From contig CAWDTA010000002.1 in assembly GCA_963805085.1 (NCBI GenBank), positions 640,001 to 704,000 on the forward strand: 64,000 nucleotides of DNA, read 5' to 3'. The stretch comes from an uncultured Veillonellaceae bacterium (GTDB lineage: Bacteria; Bacillota; Negativicutes; JARBTT01). The position numbers and the translations under genes are program-made. Positions 20,659 through 40,024 of this stretch are shown here, one piece after another. The notes below the pieces were generated by a model that saw nothing but the letters and a program-made list of their open reading frames with translations, was not told the DNA's origin and ran no database searches. The stretch's first letter is position 1; each line of letters begins with the position of its first letter.

Positions 20659-21643
20659 GGGGTCAGGCTTGAGTTATATGTAAAGTTGACTTATTCTTCT
20701 TTACTCTTTAATTGCTGGTTAACTCTTGACAAATTCTTGTAATATTGGCTGGATCAATCTGCAGTACATTGGCTAACTGCGTCCTTGTCATTAGCTCCCT
20801 CTCAAGCGCTTCATAAATCAATCGTTTTCTAGCTGCTACTACCTTCCGTATCCGGCACTTCCCTACCAACTTCTCTTGACTTATTTCTTCCTCTACAGTA
20901 ATCTTCTCTACGAGCTGTTCCCATGTTAACTTCGTTCGGCTTTGTTCCATTTCTGCTTGTAATAGAGTATTTTGAGTCTCTTTCCCTTGTTCGTTTTCAA
21001 CGCTATATTCAAGCTTATCAATGGCAGCCCCTACTAAAATCAGATACTGTACCCTTGCCTCCTCAGGATTAGTACTCAATGTATTTAATATAAATTCTAC
21101 ATTTACTAATCCCGGCGTTCTTCTAACATACGACAGATGACTGCTCCACCTATAGTCCACTCCCTCCAGCATGCTTGCCCGTACTGGATTTTGATGAATA
21201 TAACATATAAGAGCCATTAGATAACTCTCTTTCTCACAGATAAAGGCCTTGTAGCGTTGTTCAAATACATGTCCGCTATGTTTCTGATGCCAATTATAAT
21301 GTTGCGTGTACCTCTGTTGAATGCCTTGCATAATTTTTGCCAATGGATCTTTTCCTACTTGAAGTAGTAAGTGGACATGATTGTCCATAATCACATAAGC
21401 GTACAATTGAAAGTCATATCGCTTTTTATAGTCGGCTAAGATCTCTAGATATTTGCCTTTTTCTTCCTCTGTTTCAAATACACATTCCCTATTATTTCCT
21501 CTGGCTATTACGTGATAGATTGCACCTTCATAGTGTACCCTTGGTCTTCTTGCCATCCTTCTCACCTACCAATCTTACTTGATTTCAAGCTTAGCAGGTC
21601 TTTTACCATAAGTCAATTTTTCATATAACTCAAGCCTGACCCC
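20659..21643 (-). mobile_element. TIR-bounded RAYT/Y1 element copy 5 (intact, next to core genes)
   Basis: Same TIR pair as copy 2. Confidence 0.92.
20708..21556 (-). CDS. RAYT-like HUH/Y1 tyrosine transposase
   Basis: Near-identical to the other copies. Confidence 0.92.
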   Translation of the reverse strand: MARRPRVHYEGAIYHVIARGNNRECVFETEEEKGKYLEILADYKKRYDFQLYAYVIMDNHVHLLLQVGKDPLAKIMQGIQQRYTQHYNWHQKHSGHVFEQRYKAFICEKESYLMALICYIHQNPVRASMLEGVDYRWSSHLSYVRRTPGLVNVEFILNTLSTNPEEARVQYLILVGAAIDKLEYSVENEQGKETQNTLLQAEMEQSRTKLTWEQLVEKITVEEEISQEKLVGKCRIRKVVAARKRLIYEALERELMTRTQLANVLQIDPANITRICQELTSN

Positions 21644-21651
21644 AATAGTTT

Positions 21652-22122
21652 TTATTTTATCTCAATCGCAAGTATAGGGCCCATATTGTCTACCAAGTTT
21701 TTTTTGATTATTTTGACCTTTTCATCCATATTTGTAATAACCATCATCGTCGTAAGTGGTTTTTCTTGAGCTACAATATAATCTCGATCAAAGGTAATCA
21801 ATGGATCTCCCTTTTTCACCATATCATTTTCCTTAACATGTGCTGTAAAACCTTGACCTTGGAGGTCTACTGTATCAAGTCCAATGTGAATTAGAATCTG
21901 AACTCCTTGGCTTTCTATAGCTACAGCATGTTTTGTTGCTGCCACTAATGCCACAGTTCCATCACAAGGAGCAACTACAACATCCGTTTCTGGTTCAATA
22001 GCAAATCCATCTCCCATCATCTTAGAGGAAAAGACTTGATCAGGAACTTCGGTGATATCAATAATTTTTCCAGCAATCGGTGCATAGGTTTCTAGCTCTT
22101 TCTTATTAAAAAATCCAAACAT
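21652..22122 (-). CDS. crr: PTS glucose-family EIIA component
   Basis: VPDQVFSSKMMGDGFAIEP, TKHAV, LIHIGLDTV. Confidence 0.92.
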   Translation of the reverse strand: MFGFFNKKELETYAPIAGKIIDITEVPDQVFSSKMMGDGFAIEPETDVVVAPCDGTVALVAATKHAVAIESQGVQILIHIGLDTVDLQGQGFTAHVKENDMVKKGDPLITFDRDYIVAQEKPLTTMMVITNMDEKVKIIKKNLVDNMGPILAIEIK

Positions 22123-22162
22123 GCTCTACACTCACTTTCTTCTTTACCTATTCATTTATATT

Positions 22163-23308
22163 CTAACTTGGTCTTCTTTGATAGACTTTCTTCCCTTTTA
22201 CTATAGTAGTGAAAATTTCGATTGTATCATCAAACAAAACAAGATCGGCTTGTTTACCACTTTCAATACTTCCTTTAAGATCGTAAATACCTAACTCCTT
22301 AGCTGGATTTACGGTTACGAGTTTAATGACTTCGGGCAAAGGAGCTCCCGTATTATATTGAAACTTGCGAATAGCTTCATTCATCGTAAGTACACTCCCC
22401 GCAATCGTACCATCACGAAGTTTTGCTACTTGATCTTTAACGATGACCACCTGTCCGCCCAGTTCAGATTCACCATCTGGCAACATACAAGCACGCATAG
22501 AATCCGTAATTAAAATCAGATGGTCACTCCCTTTTATTTTATAAACAAGTCGCTGCATTGCCGGATGAACATGTACATTATCAGCAATGAGCTCACAATT
22601 CACGTCTGTATCAAGCGCCGCGCCAACAACACTCGGTTTACGATGGTGAAATGGCTGCATTCCGTTAAAAAGATGCGTAATCTGGGCAGCGCCAGCAGAA
22701 ATAGCCTGCATAGCTTCATCATAGGTTGCTGAACTATGACCTATTGAAACCACGATATTACGTTTTTTACATTCTTCTACAAAGTCATGATTACTCATTA
22801 ACTCTGGAGCAATCGTCACTATTTTTATAATATCCTGATAGGGTTCTAACCACGAAAAATCTGGCGCAATAATGTGCTTCGGACTCTGCGCCCCTTTATA
22901 TTCTTCACTAATAAAAGGTCCTTCGACATGACAACCGATAATCTGAGCGCCACCCTCGATCTTCATTGCTGCCCGAATCTGCTCGAAGCTACGATAAATC
23001 GTCGGAAAATCATACGTCATTGTCGTCGGTAAAAACGAAGTAACACCGGACTTTGCCATACTTTGCCGAATAACGGCCAATGCTTCAGGAGTATCATCCA
23101 TCGTATCGTAACCACTGCACCCATGAATATGAAGATTAATAAAGCCCGCTGCAACATATTTTCCTTGCGCATCCAAAATGATATCTCCATCCTTGGCTTG
23201 AAAAATAGCTCTGGGTATGATTTGTTCGATAGTTTCATCATATAAAATAACCTGATCGGTTAAAATTGTATCTTTTAAAATAATCTTGCCATTAATAATT
23301 GCCTTCAT
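22163..23308 (-). CDS. nagA: N-acetylglucosamine-6-phosphate deacetylase
   Basis: LHIHG, HVEGPF, GHS, THLFNGM, LITDSM, IAGS. Confidence 0.95.
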   Translation of the reverse strand: MKAIINGKIILKDTILTDQVILYDETIEQIIPRAIFQAKDGDIILDAQGKYVAAGFINLHIHGCSGYDTMDDTPEALAVIRQSMAKSGVTSFLPTTMTYDFPTIYRSFEQIRAAMKIEGGAQIIGCHVEGPFISEEYKGAQSPKHIIAPDFSWLEPYQDIIKIVTIAPELMSNHDFVEECKKRNIVVSIGHSSATYDEAMQAISAGAAQITHLFNGMQPFHHRKPSVVGAALDTDVNCELIADNVHVHPAMQRLVYKIKGSDHLILITDSMRACMLPDGESELGGQVVIVKDQVAKLRDGTIAGSVLTMNEAIRKFQYNTGAPLPEVIKLVTVNPAKELGIYDLKGSIESGKQADLVLFDDTIEIFTTIVKGKKVYQRRPS

Positions 23309-23478
23309 CGCTCTCACCTCCCTAACATTATTTTACCATACAAGTAAAGGAATGGCGCCCTGACAAATTTTTGTCGCCGCCCATTCCCTTATTGTAATGT
23401 AGATACATTGGTAGTTTAATATCATAAAAACGATTGTATAAGATTCCGGCTTCAATACCACTGATGATACGACTTTGT

Positions 23479-24222
23479 TTAGTGGAAGTTTTTTTCAGGT
23501 AATAACGCCGCGGCTTCTTTATCGACAATGATAAGCACATCTTGATGCAATTGCAGAATAGATGCCGGAGCATCAGGTCGAACACCGCCATAAATTGCCT
23601 TATAAATTGCTTCCGCTTTATTTTTCCCATTTGCCAATAAAATCACTTTTTTAGCAAGCATAATTGTTTTAATTCCCATACTGATTGCATATCTCGGTAC
23701 ATCTTTACGGTCGGAAAAAAACCTTGCATTTGCCTCAATGGTTTCCTCATCTAGTTTTACCTTATGTGTCGTCGCTTCAAATTTAATATCCGGCTCATTA
23801 AAACCGATATGAGCATTTTGTCCAACTCCTAATATTTGTAAGTCAATACCACCCTTTGACTCAATAAGTTTATCATAATGTTTGCATTCTTTGTCCAAGT
23901 TATCTGGTTTACCGTTTGGAATAAAAATATTTTCTGGCTTAATATTGATCTTATCAAAGAAATTTTCATGCATAAAATAATGATAACTTTGTGGATTCTC
24001 TGGTTCTAATCCCAAATATTCATCCAGATTAAAACTGATCGCCTCTGAAAAATCCAAACCAATTTGTTCATGCACCTGAACAAGTTTTTGATACATCAAA
24101 AGAGGTGTACTCCCGGTAGCTAAACCAAGTACACTATTTGGTTTTAAATACAATTGCCCAGCAACGATTCTGGCAGCAGCAGTACTCATTTCTTCATAAG
24201 ATTCTGTCACAATAATACGCAT
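23479..24222 (-). CDS. nagB: Glucosamine-6-phosphate deaminase
   Basis: LGLATGSTP, NLDEY, HIGFNEP, PASILQLH. Confidence 0.97.
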   Translation of the reverse strand: MRIIVTESYEEMSTAAARIVAGQLYLKPNSVLGLATGSTPLLMYQKLVQVHEQIGLDFSEAISFNLDEYLGLEPENPQSYHYFMHENFFDKINIKPENIFIPNGKPDNLDKECKHYDKLIESKGGIDLQILGVGQNAHIGFNEPDIKFEATTHKVKLDEETIEANARFFSDRKDVPRYAISMGIKTIMLAKKVILLANGKNKAEAIYKAIYGGVRPDAPASILQLHQDVLIIVDKEAAALLPEKNFH

Positions 24223-24235
24223 TTTTTAACCCCCA

Positions 24236-25078
24236 TTAACGTAATAATTCAATAGCCTGTGTGGTAAGACATTTCTTTTGTTCAGCACGCTTGGGCATTT
24301 GCTTTACCACTTGTGTATAGACCAAATCCATAATAAAAAGTTGCGCTAACTTCGCCGAAATTGATCCTGTTTCAAGCAAAGTTTCTCGTGCCGCATAGGC
24401 AAGATGTAAATCAGATATAACTTTTAAACGTGAATTTTGATTTGATGTAATGGAAATAATTTTTGCTCCATTTCTTTTTGCTAACTCTACCGTTTTAAGA
24501 ATTTCTATCGTATCCCCTGAATGAGAAATAGCCACAATTACATCTTCTTTCTGGACAAGCGATGCCATCATAATCATGCGATGACTATTATCAAAACTGT
24601 TGCAATCGAGTCCGATCCGACAAAATTTATATGCCGAATCCTGTGCCATAAAACCAGAGTTACCAATACCAATAAAATAAATGCGCCTTGCTGCCATTAA
24701 GACATTAGCACTGTCTTGAATATCCTCATTTTTTAAAGAATCCAAAGTCTTTTCGAGTGTACCAATATTCGCATCTAAAAGCTTTCGTGCCGTAACAAGT
24801 GCGGTCTCGTCACTTTCAATATTGCGATTAATAATATAACGCCGACTAGCATTCATCGAATCTTGTGCTAAGGCCACTTTAAAATCCGGTAAATTTGCAA
24901 ATCCCATTTTTTTTACAAAGCGTGTAATCGTCGATTCACCAATCCCACTTTCTTTTGCTAGCTGTGAAATGGGTGTATGAGATACTTTTTCTATATTTTG
25001 TTTAATATATTCCATTAAAATTCTATCTGATTTGGATGCCTTAAAATCAGGAAGTTCTAACTTTTCCACTATACTCAT
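24236..25078 (-). CDS. MurR/RpiR family transcriptional regulator
   Basis: HTH STITRFVKKMGF plus SIS domain ISHSGDT. Confidence 0.9.
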   Translation of the reverse strand: MSIVEKLELPDFKASKSDRILMEYIKQNIEKVSHTPISQLAKESGIGESTITRFVKKMGFANLPDFKVALAQDSMNASRRYIINRNIESDETALVTARKLLDANIGTLEKTLDSLKNEDIQDSANVLMAARRIYFIGIGNSGFMAQDSAYKFCRIGLDCNSFDNSHRMIMMASLVQKEDVIVAISHSGDTIEILKTVELAKRNGAKIISITSNQNSRLKVISDLHLAYAARETLLETGSISAKLAQLFIMDLVYTQVVKQMPKRAEQKKCLTTQAIELLR

Positions 25079-25126
25079 ACCAAAATCCTCTTATTACATA
25101 AAAGCTCCATCCAAGCAGCTATTTAT

Positions 25127-25329
25127 TTAATCTTCTCTAAAAAATCTCTTCAATTTCATTTTTTATAATCGTAACCTACGTTCCATAAGTAACTTGAACC
25201 CCACTACCACTTTGCAAAACACCACGTGCGCCACTTTCTTTTAGAATATTTCCTTTGACTTTAACACTTGCCAAAACGTTGTGCTTTTTCAAAAAAAGTA
25301 CTATTGCCCGCTGACTCAAAAATACTCAT
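25127..25329 (-). pseudogene. PTS EIICB remnant (both ends kept, interior deleted)
   Basis: RBS GAGG + MSIFESAGNSTFFEKAQRFGK, then LKESGARGVLQSGSGVQVTYGT*VTIIKNEIEE. Confidence 0.75.
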
Positions 25330-25392
25330 TCTGCCTACCTCACTTTTTATATTTAGAATGCACGACTTATATACTAAATTATTAAAAGCCAC

Positions 25393-26061
25393 TTAAAATT
25401 TTAATACAGCAGCAAATTTTCGAGTTATCAATTGCGGTCTAGTGATAGCCGAACCCACAATCGCTGCATAAGCCCCTGCCTCATAGACTTTTTTTAAATC
25501 TTCCGGTGTATTGATTTTGCCTTCACCCACTACTGGTATACGTAAGTCCCTTACCAATTTCTGAATTAAAATAAAATCGGGTCCCAACAACTGCTGCGAA
25601 TAATCCGTATAACCAGCCATAGTAGTTGATACCGCATCAGCACCATATTTTTCCGCCTGCACAGCTTCCTTATAGGTAGAAATATCCGCTAAAACCTCAA
25701 CGTGATGCGCCTTGATTCGCTCAATTAAAGTTTGGATATGTTCTCCCTGTGGACGTGTACGGTCGGTCATATCCAACGCAATCATTTCACAGCCTGTCGT
25801 TAAAAGTTCGTCTACTTCACGTAACGTCGGTGTAATATAAATCGCCGAATCTGGATAATTTCGTTTAATTAAGCCAATCACTGGTAGTCCTGTCACTTTT
25901 TTAATCTCAATAATATCCTCAACACCCTGCGCTCTAATACCAGCGGCCCCACCTTCTTGAGCCGCTTTTGCCATACGCCCCATAATAAAAGAGCTATGTA
26001 AAGGCTCATCCGGCAATGCTTGACACGATACAATTAATTTCCCCTTCATCTGTGCTAACAA
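25393..26061 (-). CDS. nanE: N-acetylmannosamine-6-phosphate 2-epimerase
   Basis: LIVSCQAL, GIRA, IGLIKR, YITPT, STTMAGYT, VGSAITRP; TTG start. Confidence 0.95.
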   Translation of the reverse strand: MLAQMKGKLIVSCQALPDEPLHSSFIMGRMAKAAQEGGAAGIRAQGVEDIIEIKKVTGLPVIGLIKRNYPDSAIYITPTLREVDELLTTGCEMIALDMTDRTRPQGEHIQTLIERIKAHHVEVLADISTYKEAVQAEKYGADAVSTTMAGYTDYSQQLLGPDFILIQKLVRDLRIPVVGEGKINTPEDLKKVYEAGAYAAIVGSAITRPQLITRKFAAVLKF

Positions 26062-26406
26062 ATAACCACCCCTTTCCTTTATAAACTTTATTTCAATGAT
26101 ACCATTATATAATATTATTTGCAATATTTTTTCATTTTCATTGTTTTTATTTAGTAAAAATCGTTAAAAAATTTATTTATGGTACTTTATTTCATTTATA
26201 AGATATTCAATGTAATGATTTTTCAAAGTTATAAGCTACTAATACCGTCCAATTTAATTGAAGATTAAAAAACACTGTAGAGATGTGAGGATCACCGTGC
26301 CTGTTAAGATTGGCACCGATAGCGTCATTGTCCAAGATTGATCGATCAATCATATAATTTTTTGCACACGAAAAAAGCACCCACAAATGTGAGTGCCTTT
26401 CATCTA

Positions 26407-26522
26407 ACCAGCAACTACCTACTTTCCCAGGGCGTTTCCACCCAAGTATCATCGGCGTGTATAGGCTTAACTACTGTGTTCGGTATGGGAACAGGTGGTA
26501 CCCTATAGCTATCATCACTGGA
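26407..26522 (-). rRNA. rrf: 5S rRNA (operon A)
   Basis: CCCATACCGAACAC conserved loop; position downstream of 23S. Confidence 0.95.
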
Positions 26523-26629
26523 TCTTTCAGAGATATTCTCTGAAAACTAAACAGAAGTTTTATTATTGTATTCTTTGCATTTTAGTTATCTTTTATTTAT
26601 CTAGACATGCTTGCATGTCTGGCTTTTTT

Positions 26630-29565
<2,936 letters not shown>

Positions 29566-29567
29566 TC

Positions 29568-29710
29568 GTACTCTTCGAACACGTCTATAAACGCACATTT
29601 GCTTCGTTGCTCCTCGGTAAAATCACTCGACGTAATTTTCATTACGACTCGCGCTTTTCCCTGCGGTGCGCCTTGCAACTGTACATTTCTAGTCTGTTCT
29701 AGTTTTGTAC
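29568..29710. repeat. ~140-nt imperfect palindrome in the 16S-23S spacer (also at ~37987-38129)
   Basis: Nested arms gtac/gtac, gaaca/tgttc, ttgc/gcaa, cgtaa/ttacg. Confidence 0.55.
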
Positions 29711-29987
29711 TAAAATCAAATAGCCATTAAGTTATACTTAAATGCTTAATTTAATCTTTTTGAATCCTAAAATGCTCGTTAATTTACTCTCACTTCTGAG
29801 AGGTACTTTAAAACTTAAAATACATTTTATTTTCTTCTGTGTAGTTTTCAAAGAACATAAGCAGAGAACTAAAAGCTTCTGCTTTTTGAGTTCATACTTT
29901 CGTATTCCCTCAAAACTAAACAATGTAAATGAATTAATTAGATGTGTCGACCTCGGATTACGAAAGTACATTTAAACCTTCATATCT

Positions 29988-31549
<1,562 letters not shown>

Positions 31550-31704
31550 ATTTATTAGAAAGCCTAAAAGGCTCTTTAAATTCTTTGTTTCTTTATAATA
31601 AAGAAATTGACTCGCGATTCAAGAACCGCGACGCAGCATCTCTGCTGCTAGTACTGACAGTTCACGAAGAACTGTGCAGTGCACATCTGGCATTAATTTT
31701 TTCT

Positions 31705-31890
31705 ACATTGTTTAGTTTTCAGAGAACACTTGCTAACGTCTTGCGTTGTCAGCTCATTTATATTAACACAACGTTCAAGTTGTTGTCAACACATTTTTTA
31801 AATTCTTTTTTAAGAAGAGTTTCATTTGTCGTCCGCATATCTCGTTGGCGACTTGTATTATATTACACTGTTTCTTTTGTTATGTCAACA
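31705..31890 (-). promoter_or_regulatory. Tandem rrn promoters and boxA-like leader
   Basis: TTGACA at 31888-31883 (17-TAATAT) and at 31789-31784; GTTCTCTGAAAACT leader motif. Confidence 0.7.
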
Positions 31891-32070
31891 CTTTTTATAA
31901 AAAACTTAAACAGTTTGAATCATACTTACTTTCTCCACTTACAAACTTCACTATTAGCATGTTAAACTTCCTCTTAAAAAGAGCAAGTAGCTGTTACACC
32001 TTCATAACCGCTACTTGTTTTTTCATTGTATATAACTTTGTATATAACTTTAATCTGTAGTTTTAATAAT

Positions 32071-33807
32071 CTAAATAGAAAGAAGTTTCTCTCCTTTAAT
32101 TTCACGATCCTGCCAAGCGATCAACGCAAAGTTACCATTCGTATGTGCATCTACTTTATTGATCCATGCAATCTCATTGCTAGCCTTAGCTGAAAGCAGT
32201 TGATTGCTAGTTCCCGTATAATAAAGCGATGCATTAATTACCCACCATTTTGTCGCGATGTTTGCACGTTTTAAATCTTCCTCAAGGCGCATTGCTTCAT
32301 ATATAGGTGTAGGTTCAGCAAGCGCTACAATGATAACTTCCGTTTCTTCACGATTCCGGAGCCGTGGCAACAATTTTTTTATTTCTTCTGGAATATCCCC
32401 TTGGGTCCGTTCAATTTCCTTATGATAACTTTGTGTAGAATCTAAAAGCAAAAGTGTATGCCCTGTCGGTGCAGTATCAATAACAACAACTTGATCTTCT
32501 GCTTTTTCTACAATCTTTGCAAAAGCACGAAAAACTGCAATCTCCTGTGTGCATGGCGAACGTAAATCTTCCTCAACATAAGCCACATCTTCATCTGACA
32601 TGACTTCTCTTGCTTTCGCGAGCACTTCGTCCTGATATTTTTTCAGTTCTACCTGTTCATCAATCTGGCTCATGGTAATACCACAGCTCTCATTAATAAC
32701 AAATTTTAGATGTGCTGCAGGATCAGTAGTTGCAAGATGTACTTTTTTACCTTTTGCCGACAACTTCATAGCAATCGCTGCAGCTATTGTCGTTTTTCCG
32801 ACCCCACCTTTCCCCATGGTAAAAATAACTTTTTTATTAGATCTATCTAAATCATCAATTACATCTTTAAGCTGTAGAATATTTTTTGCCTTGATCTTAT
32901 CGTTGCTGACAATAATATTATCTTGCGTAAGGAATGCACGCACATTAGTAAGGCCTGTGATATTATAGGCACGAAGTGGAATGAAATAGCTTGTCATCGT
33001 TTGTAAGCATTGCGGAACTTCATCAAGAGCTTTTCTTTGCTGGTGATACAAAGCTTCTGAAATAACATCATCATAAGAGGTTAGTACCCCATTGATGATC
33101 ATAGCCTGATTGTCAATTCCAAGCCCAGCAAGTTCTTTTGATGCTCTTGCCGCTTCTTTTAATGGCGCAGCTTCAGGCCGCGATACAAGAATTAGTGTTG
33201 TTAAATCAGCATCCGCTAGAGTTTCTACCGCTTTTTTATAAATTTCTTTTTTACTTTCTAACCCAGAAAGCTGTCCAAGACAAGATGCTCCATGTGTATT
33301 TTTGCTAATAAAATTACTCCAAGCTGATGGGAGCTGTAACATACGCAAGGTATGCCCGGTTGGTGCCGTATCAAATATAATATGATCATATTCTACTTGT
33401 GTTGTTTCATCTGTAATAAAATTAGAAAACTCATTAAATGCGGCAATTTCAACTGTACAGGATCCAGAAAGCTGTTCTTCCATATTCTTTATTACCACTT
33501 CCGGCAGCTTTCCTTTATATGGTGCAATAACACTTTCTTTATATTCTTCCGCTGCTTGAATAGGATCAAGATTAGCTACAATGAGATTCGCTACACCTTC
33601 GATTGCCACGGCCTTATTCGTCAATTTCATAGCAAATACATCTTGCAGATTGGAGGCTGGATCTGTACTAACAAGTAATACACGTTTACCACGATCGGCA
33701 AGTGCTACAGCCGTTGCACAAGCAGTAGAAGTCTTACCCACCCCGCCTTTACCAGTATAAAAAAGATATTTTGTCAAAGAGAGCTGCTGCGGATTAAAAG
33801 GTTTCAT
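32071..33807 (-). CDS. arsA: Arsenical pump-driving ATPase
   Basis: Two GKGGVGKT P-loops, two DTAPTGHT motifs, SGSCT and GASCLG cysteines. Confidence 0.97.
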   Translation of the reverse strand: MKPFNPQQLSLTKYLFYTGKGGVGKTSTACATAVALADRGKRVLLVSTDPASNLQDVFAMKLTNKAVAIEGVANLIVANLDPIQAAEEYKESVIAPYKGKLPEVVIKNMEEQLSGSCTVEIAAFNEFSNFITDETTQVEYDHIIFDTAPTGHTLRMLQLPSAWSNFISKNTHGASCLGQLSGLESKKEIYKKAVETLADADLTTLILVSRPEAAPLKEAARASKELAGLGIDNQAMIINGVLTSYDDVISEALYHQQRKALDEVPQCLQTMTSYFIPLRAYNITGLTNVRAFLTQDNIIVSNDKIKAKNILQLKDVIDDLDRSNKKVIFTMGKGGVGKTTIAAAIAMKLSAKGKKVHLATTDPAAHLKFVINESCGITMSQIDEQVELKKYQDEVLAKAREVMSDEDVAYVEEDLRSPCTQEIAVFRAFAKIVEKAEDQVVVIDTAPTGHTLLLLDSTQSYHKEIERTQGDIPEEIKKLLPRLRNREETEVIIVALAEPTPIYEAMRLEEDLKRANIATKWWVINASLYYTGTSNQLLSAKASNEIAWINKVDAHTNGNFALIAWQDREIKGEKLLSI

Positions 33808-34190
33808 TCGCAGCAACCTCCTTTGCACTGACATTTACTGAATTTTTTTAATTTTACTTTTGTCTCTTGTTTTAGAAGCAACTCATTCGGCAACTCTAAT
33901 AGATTTATAAACTCCTCGTTTGTTGGATATCTCCCTGATATTATAATTGTGCCATCTAAAACAACGATAGGTAATTGATCAACTCCATTTATATTAATAA
34001 AGTCATTTACGATTTTGTTATTTACAAATTCCATTGGTGCACTCGTAAGGTTAAATCGTTCAACTAATATTTCATTCTTCTTCAACGTATTAAGAACCGC
34101 AGAAATACGAAGTAGTTCTGGGTCAACTCCTACGCCACAAATTCCTGTCGAACAGCACATTGCAGGTTCAAATATTTGCATTTTTTTCAC
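33804..34190 (-). CDS. arsD: Arsenite metallochaperone
   Basis: FEPAMCCSTGICG, GRYPT, C-terminal GGCC. Confidence 0.95.
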   Translation of the reverse strand: MKKMQIFEPAMCCSTGICGVGVDPELLRISAVLNTLKKNEILVERFNLTSAPMEFVNNKIVNDFININGVDQLPIVVLDGTIIISGRYPTNEEFINLLELPNELLLKQETKVKLKKFSKCQCKGGCCE

Positions 34191-34266
34191 AATAAACATC
34201 CCCATTCTAAAATATTAAATTTTTCCATCAATCTAAAAATCCTTATTATATAACACTTTTGCAAAA

Positions 34267-34306
34267 TTTAGATCATATATAGATTTTGTTCTATATATGA
34301 TCTAAA
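34267..34306. promoter_or_regulatory. Probable ArsR operator (17-6-17 perfect inverted repeat)
   Basis: tttagatcatatataga-ttttgt-tctatatatgatctaaa; the core ATAGA-N6-TCTAT recurs at 34705-34720 upstream of arsR. Confidence 0.7.
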
Positions 34307-34382
34307 ATTTTTTTATCAATTCTATCCTAGTATTAAACGGGAAACTAACATTTATAACGATACTACACTTTTTATTAAAAAA

Positions 34383-34691
34383 TTACTCACTTTTATGACA
34401 AATACAATCTTCTTTGTTGTTTACAATTTGAGCAAATTCCTGATAAAATTTTTGCAAAGTCTCTTTGTTCAGCGAATAATACATCCATTTTCCTTCACGA
34501 CGTACCAACACAATTCCAGCATTGCTTAACACTTTCATATCATGCGAAAGCGTGGGCTGAGTAATATGAAATTTTTCTAATATCTTGCAGGCGCACAATT
34601 CCCCACAAGAAAGCATATCAACAATACGAAGCCGCTTAGGATCAGCAAGTGCTTTTAAAATTATAGAGTTTTTAACATACTTAGTGTCCAT
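34383..34691 (-). CDS. arsR: ArsR/SmtB family repressor
   Basis: KALADPKRL, ELCAC, QPTLSHDM, REGKWMYY. Confidence 0.92.
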   Translation of the reverse strand: MDTKYVKNSIILKALADPKRLRIVDMLSCGELCACKILEKFHITQPTLSHDMKVLSNAGIVLVRREGKWMYYSLNKETLQKFYQEFAQIVNNKEDCICHKSE

Positions 34692-34824
34692 TGAATCTCC
34701 TCATATAGAATTTTTTCTATCTATTTTGTATTATATGCTATTGTATAGAAAAGTGTCAATTCATTAAAAAATAATTTTTTGCATACGAAAAAAGCACCCA
34801 CAAATGTGAGTGCCTTTCATCTTA

Positions 34825-34940
34825 ACCAGCAACTACCTACTTTCCCAGGGCGTTTCCACCCAAGTATCATTGGCCTCTAAGCGCTTAACTACTGTGTTCG
34901 GTATGGGAACAGGTGGAACCACTTAGGTATCGTCACTGGA
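34825..34940 (-). rRNA. rrf: 5S rRNA (operon B)
   Basis: As operon A but with a divergent helix II. Confidence 0.95.
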
Positions 34941-35048
34941 TCTTTCAGAGATATTCTCTGAAAACTAAACAGAAGTTTTATTATTGTATTCTTTGCATTT
35001 TAGTTATCTTTTATTTATCTAGACATGCTTGCATGTCTGGCTTTTTTT

Positions 35049-37984
<2,936 letters not shown>

Positions 37985-38461
37985 TCGTACTCTTCGAACA
38001 CGTCTATAAACGCACATTTGCTTCGTTGCTCCTCGGTAAAATCACTCGACGTAATTTTCATTACGACTCGCGCTTTTCCCTGCGGTGCGCCTTGCAACTG
38101 TACATTTCTAGTCTGTTCTAGTTTTGTACTAAAATCAAATAGCCATTAAGTTATACTTAAATGCTTAATTTAATCTTTTTGAATCCTAAAATGCTCGTTA
38201 ATTTACTCTCACTTCTGAGAGGTACTTTAAAACTTAAAATACATTTTATTTTCTTCTGTGTAGTTTTCAAAGAACATAAGCAGAGAACAAAAAGCTTCTG
38301 CTTTTTCGTGAATCGCTTAGTTCCGCACGTTAGTAAGGAACCTCTACTTTTCACTTTTTTTGAGTTCATACTTTCGTATTCCCTCAAAACTAAACAATGT
38401 AAATGAATTAATTAGATGTGTCGACCTCGGATTACGAAAGTACATTTAAACTTTCATATCT

Positions 38462-40024
<1,563 letters not shown>

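Noticed and set aside
26207-26452. 81-aa ORF
   Set aside because: Starts inside the 5S rRNA and crosses its terminator
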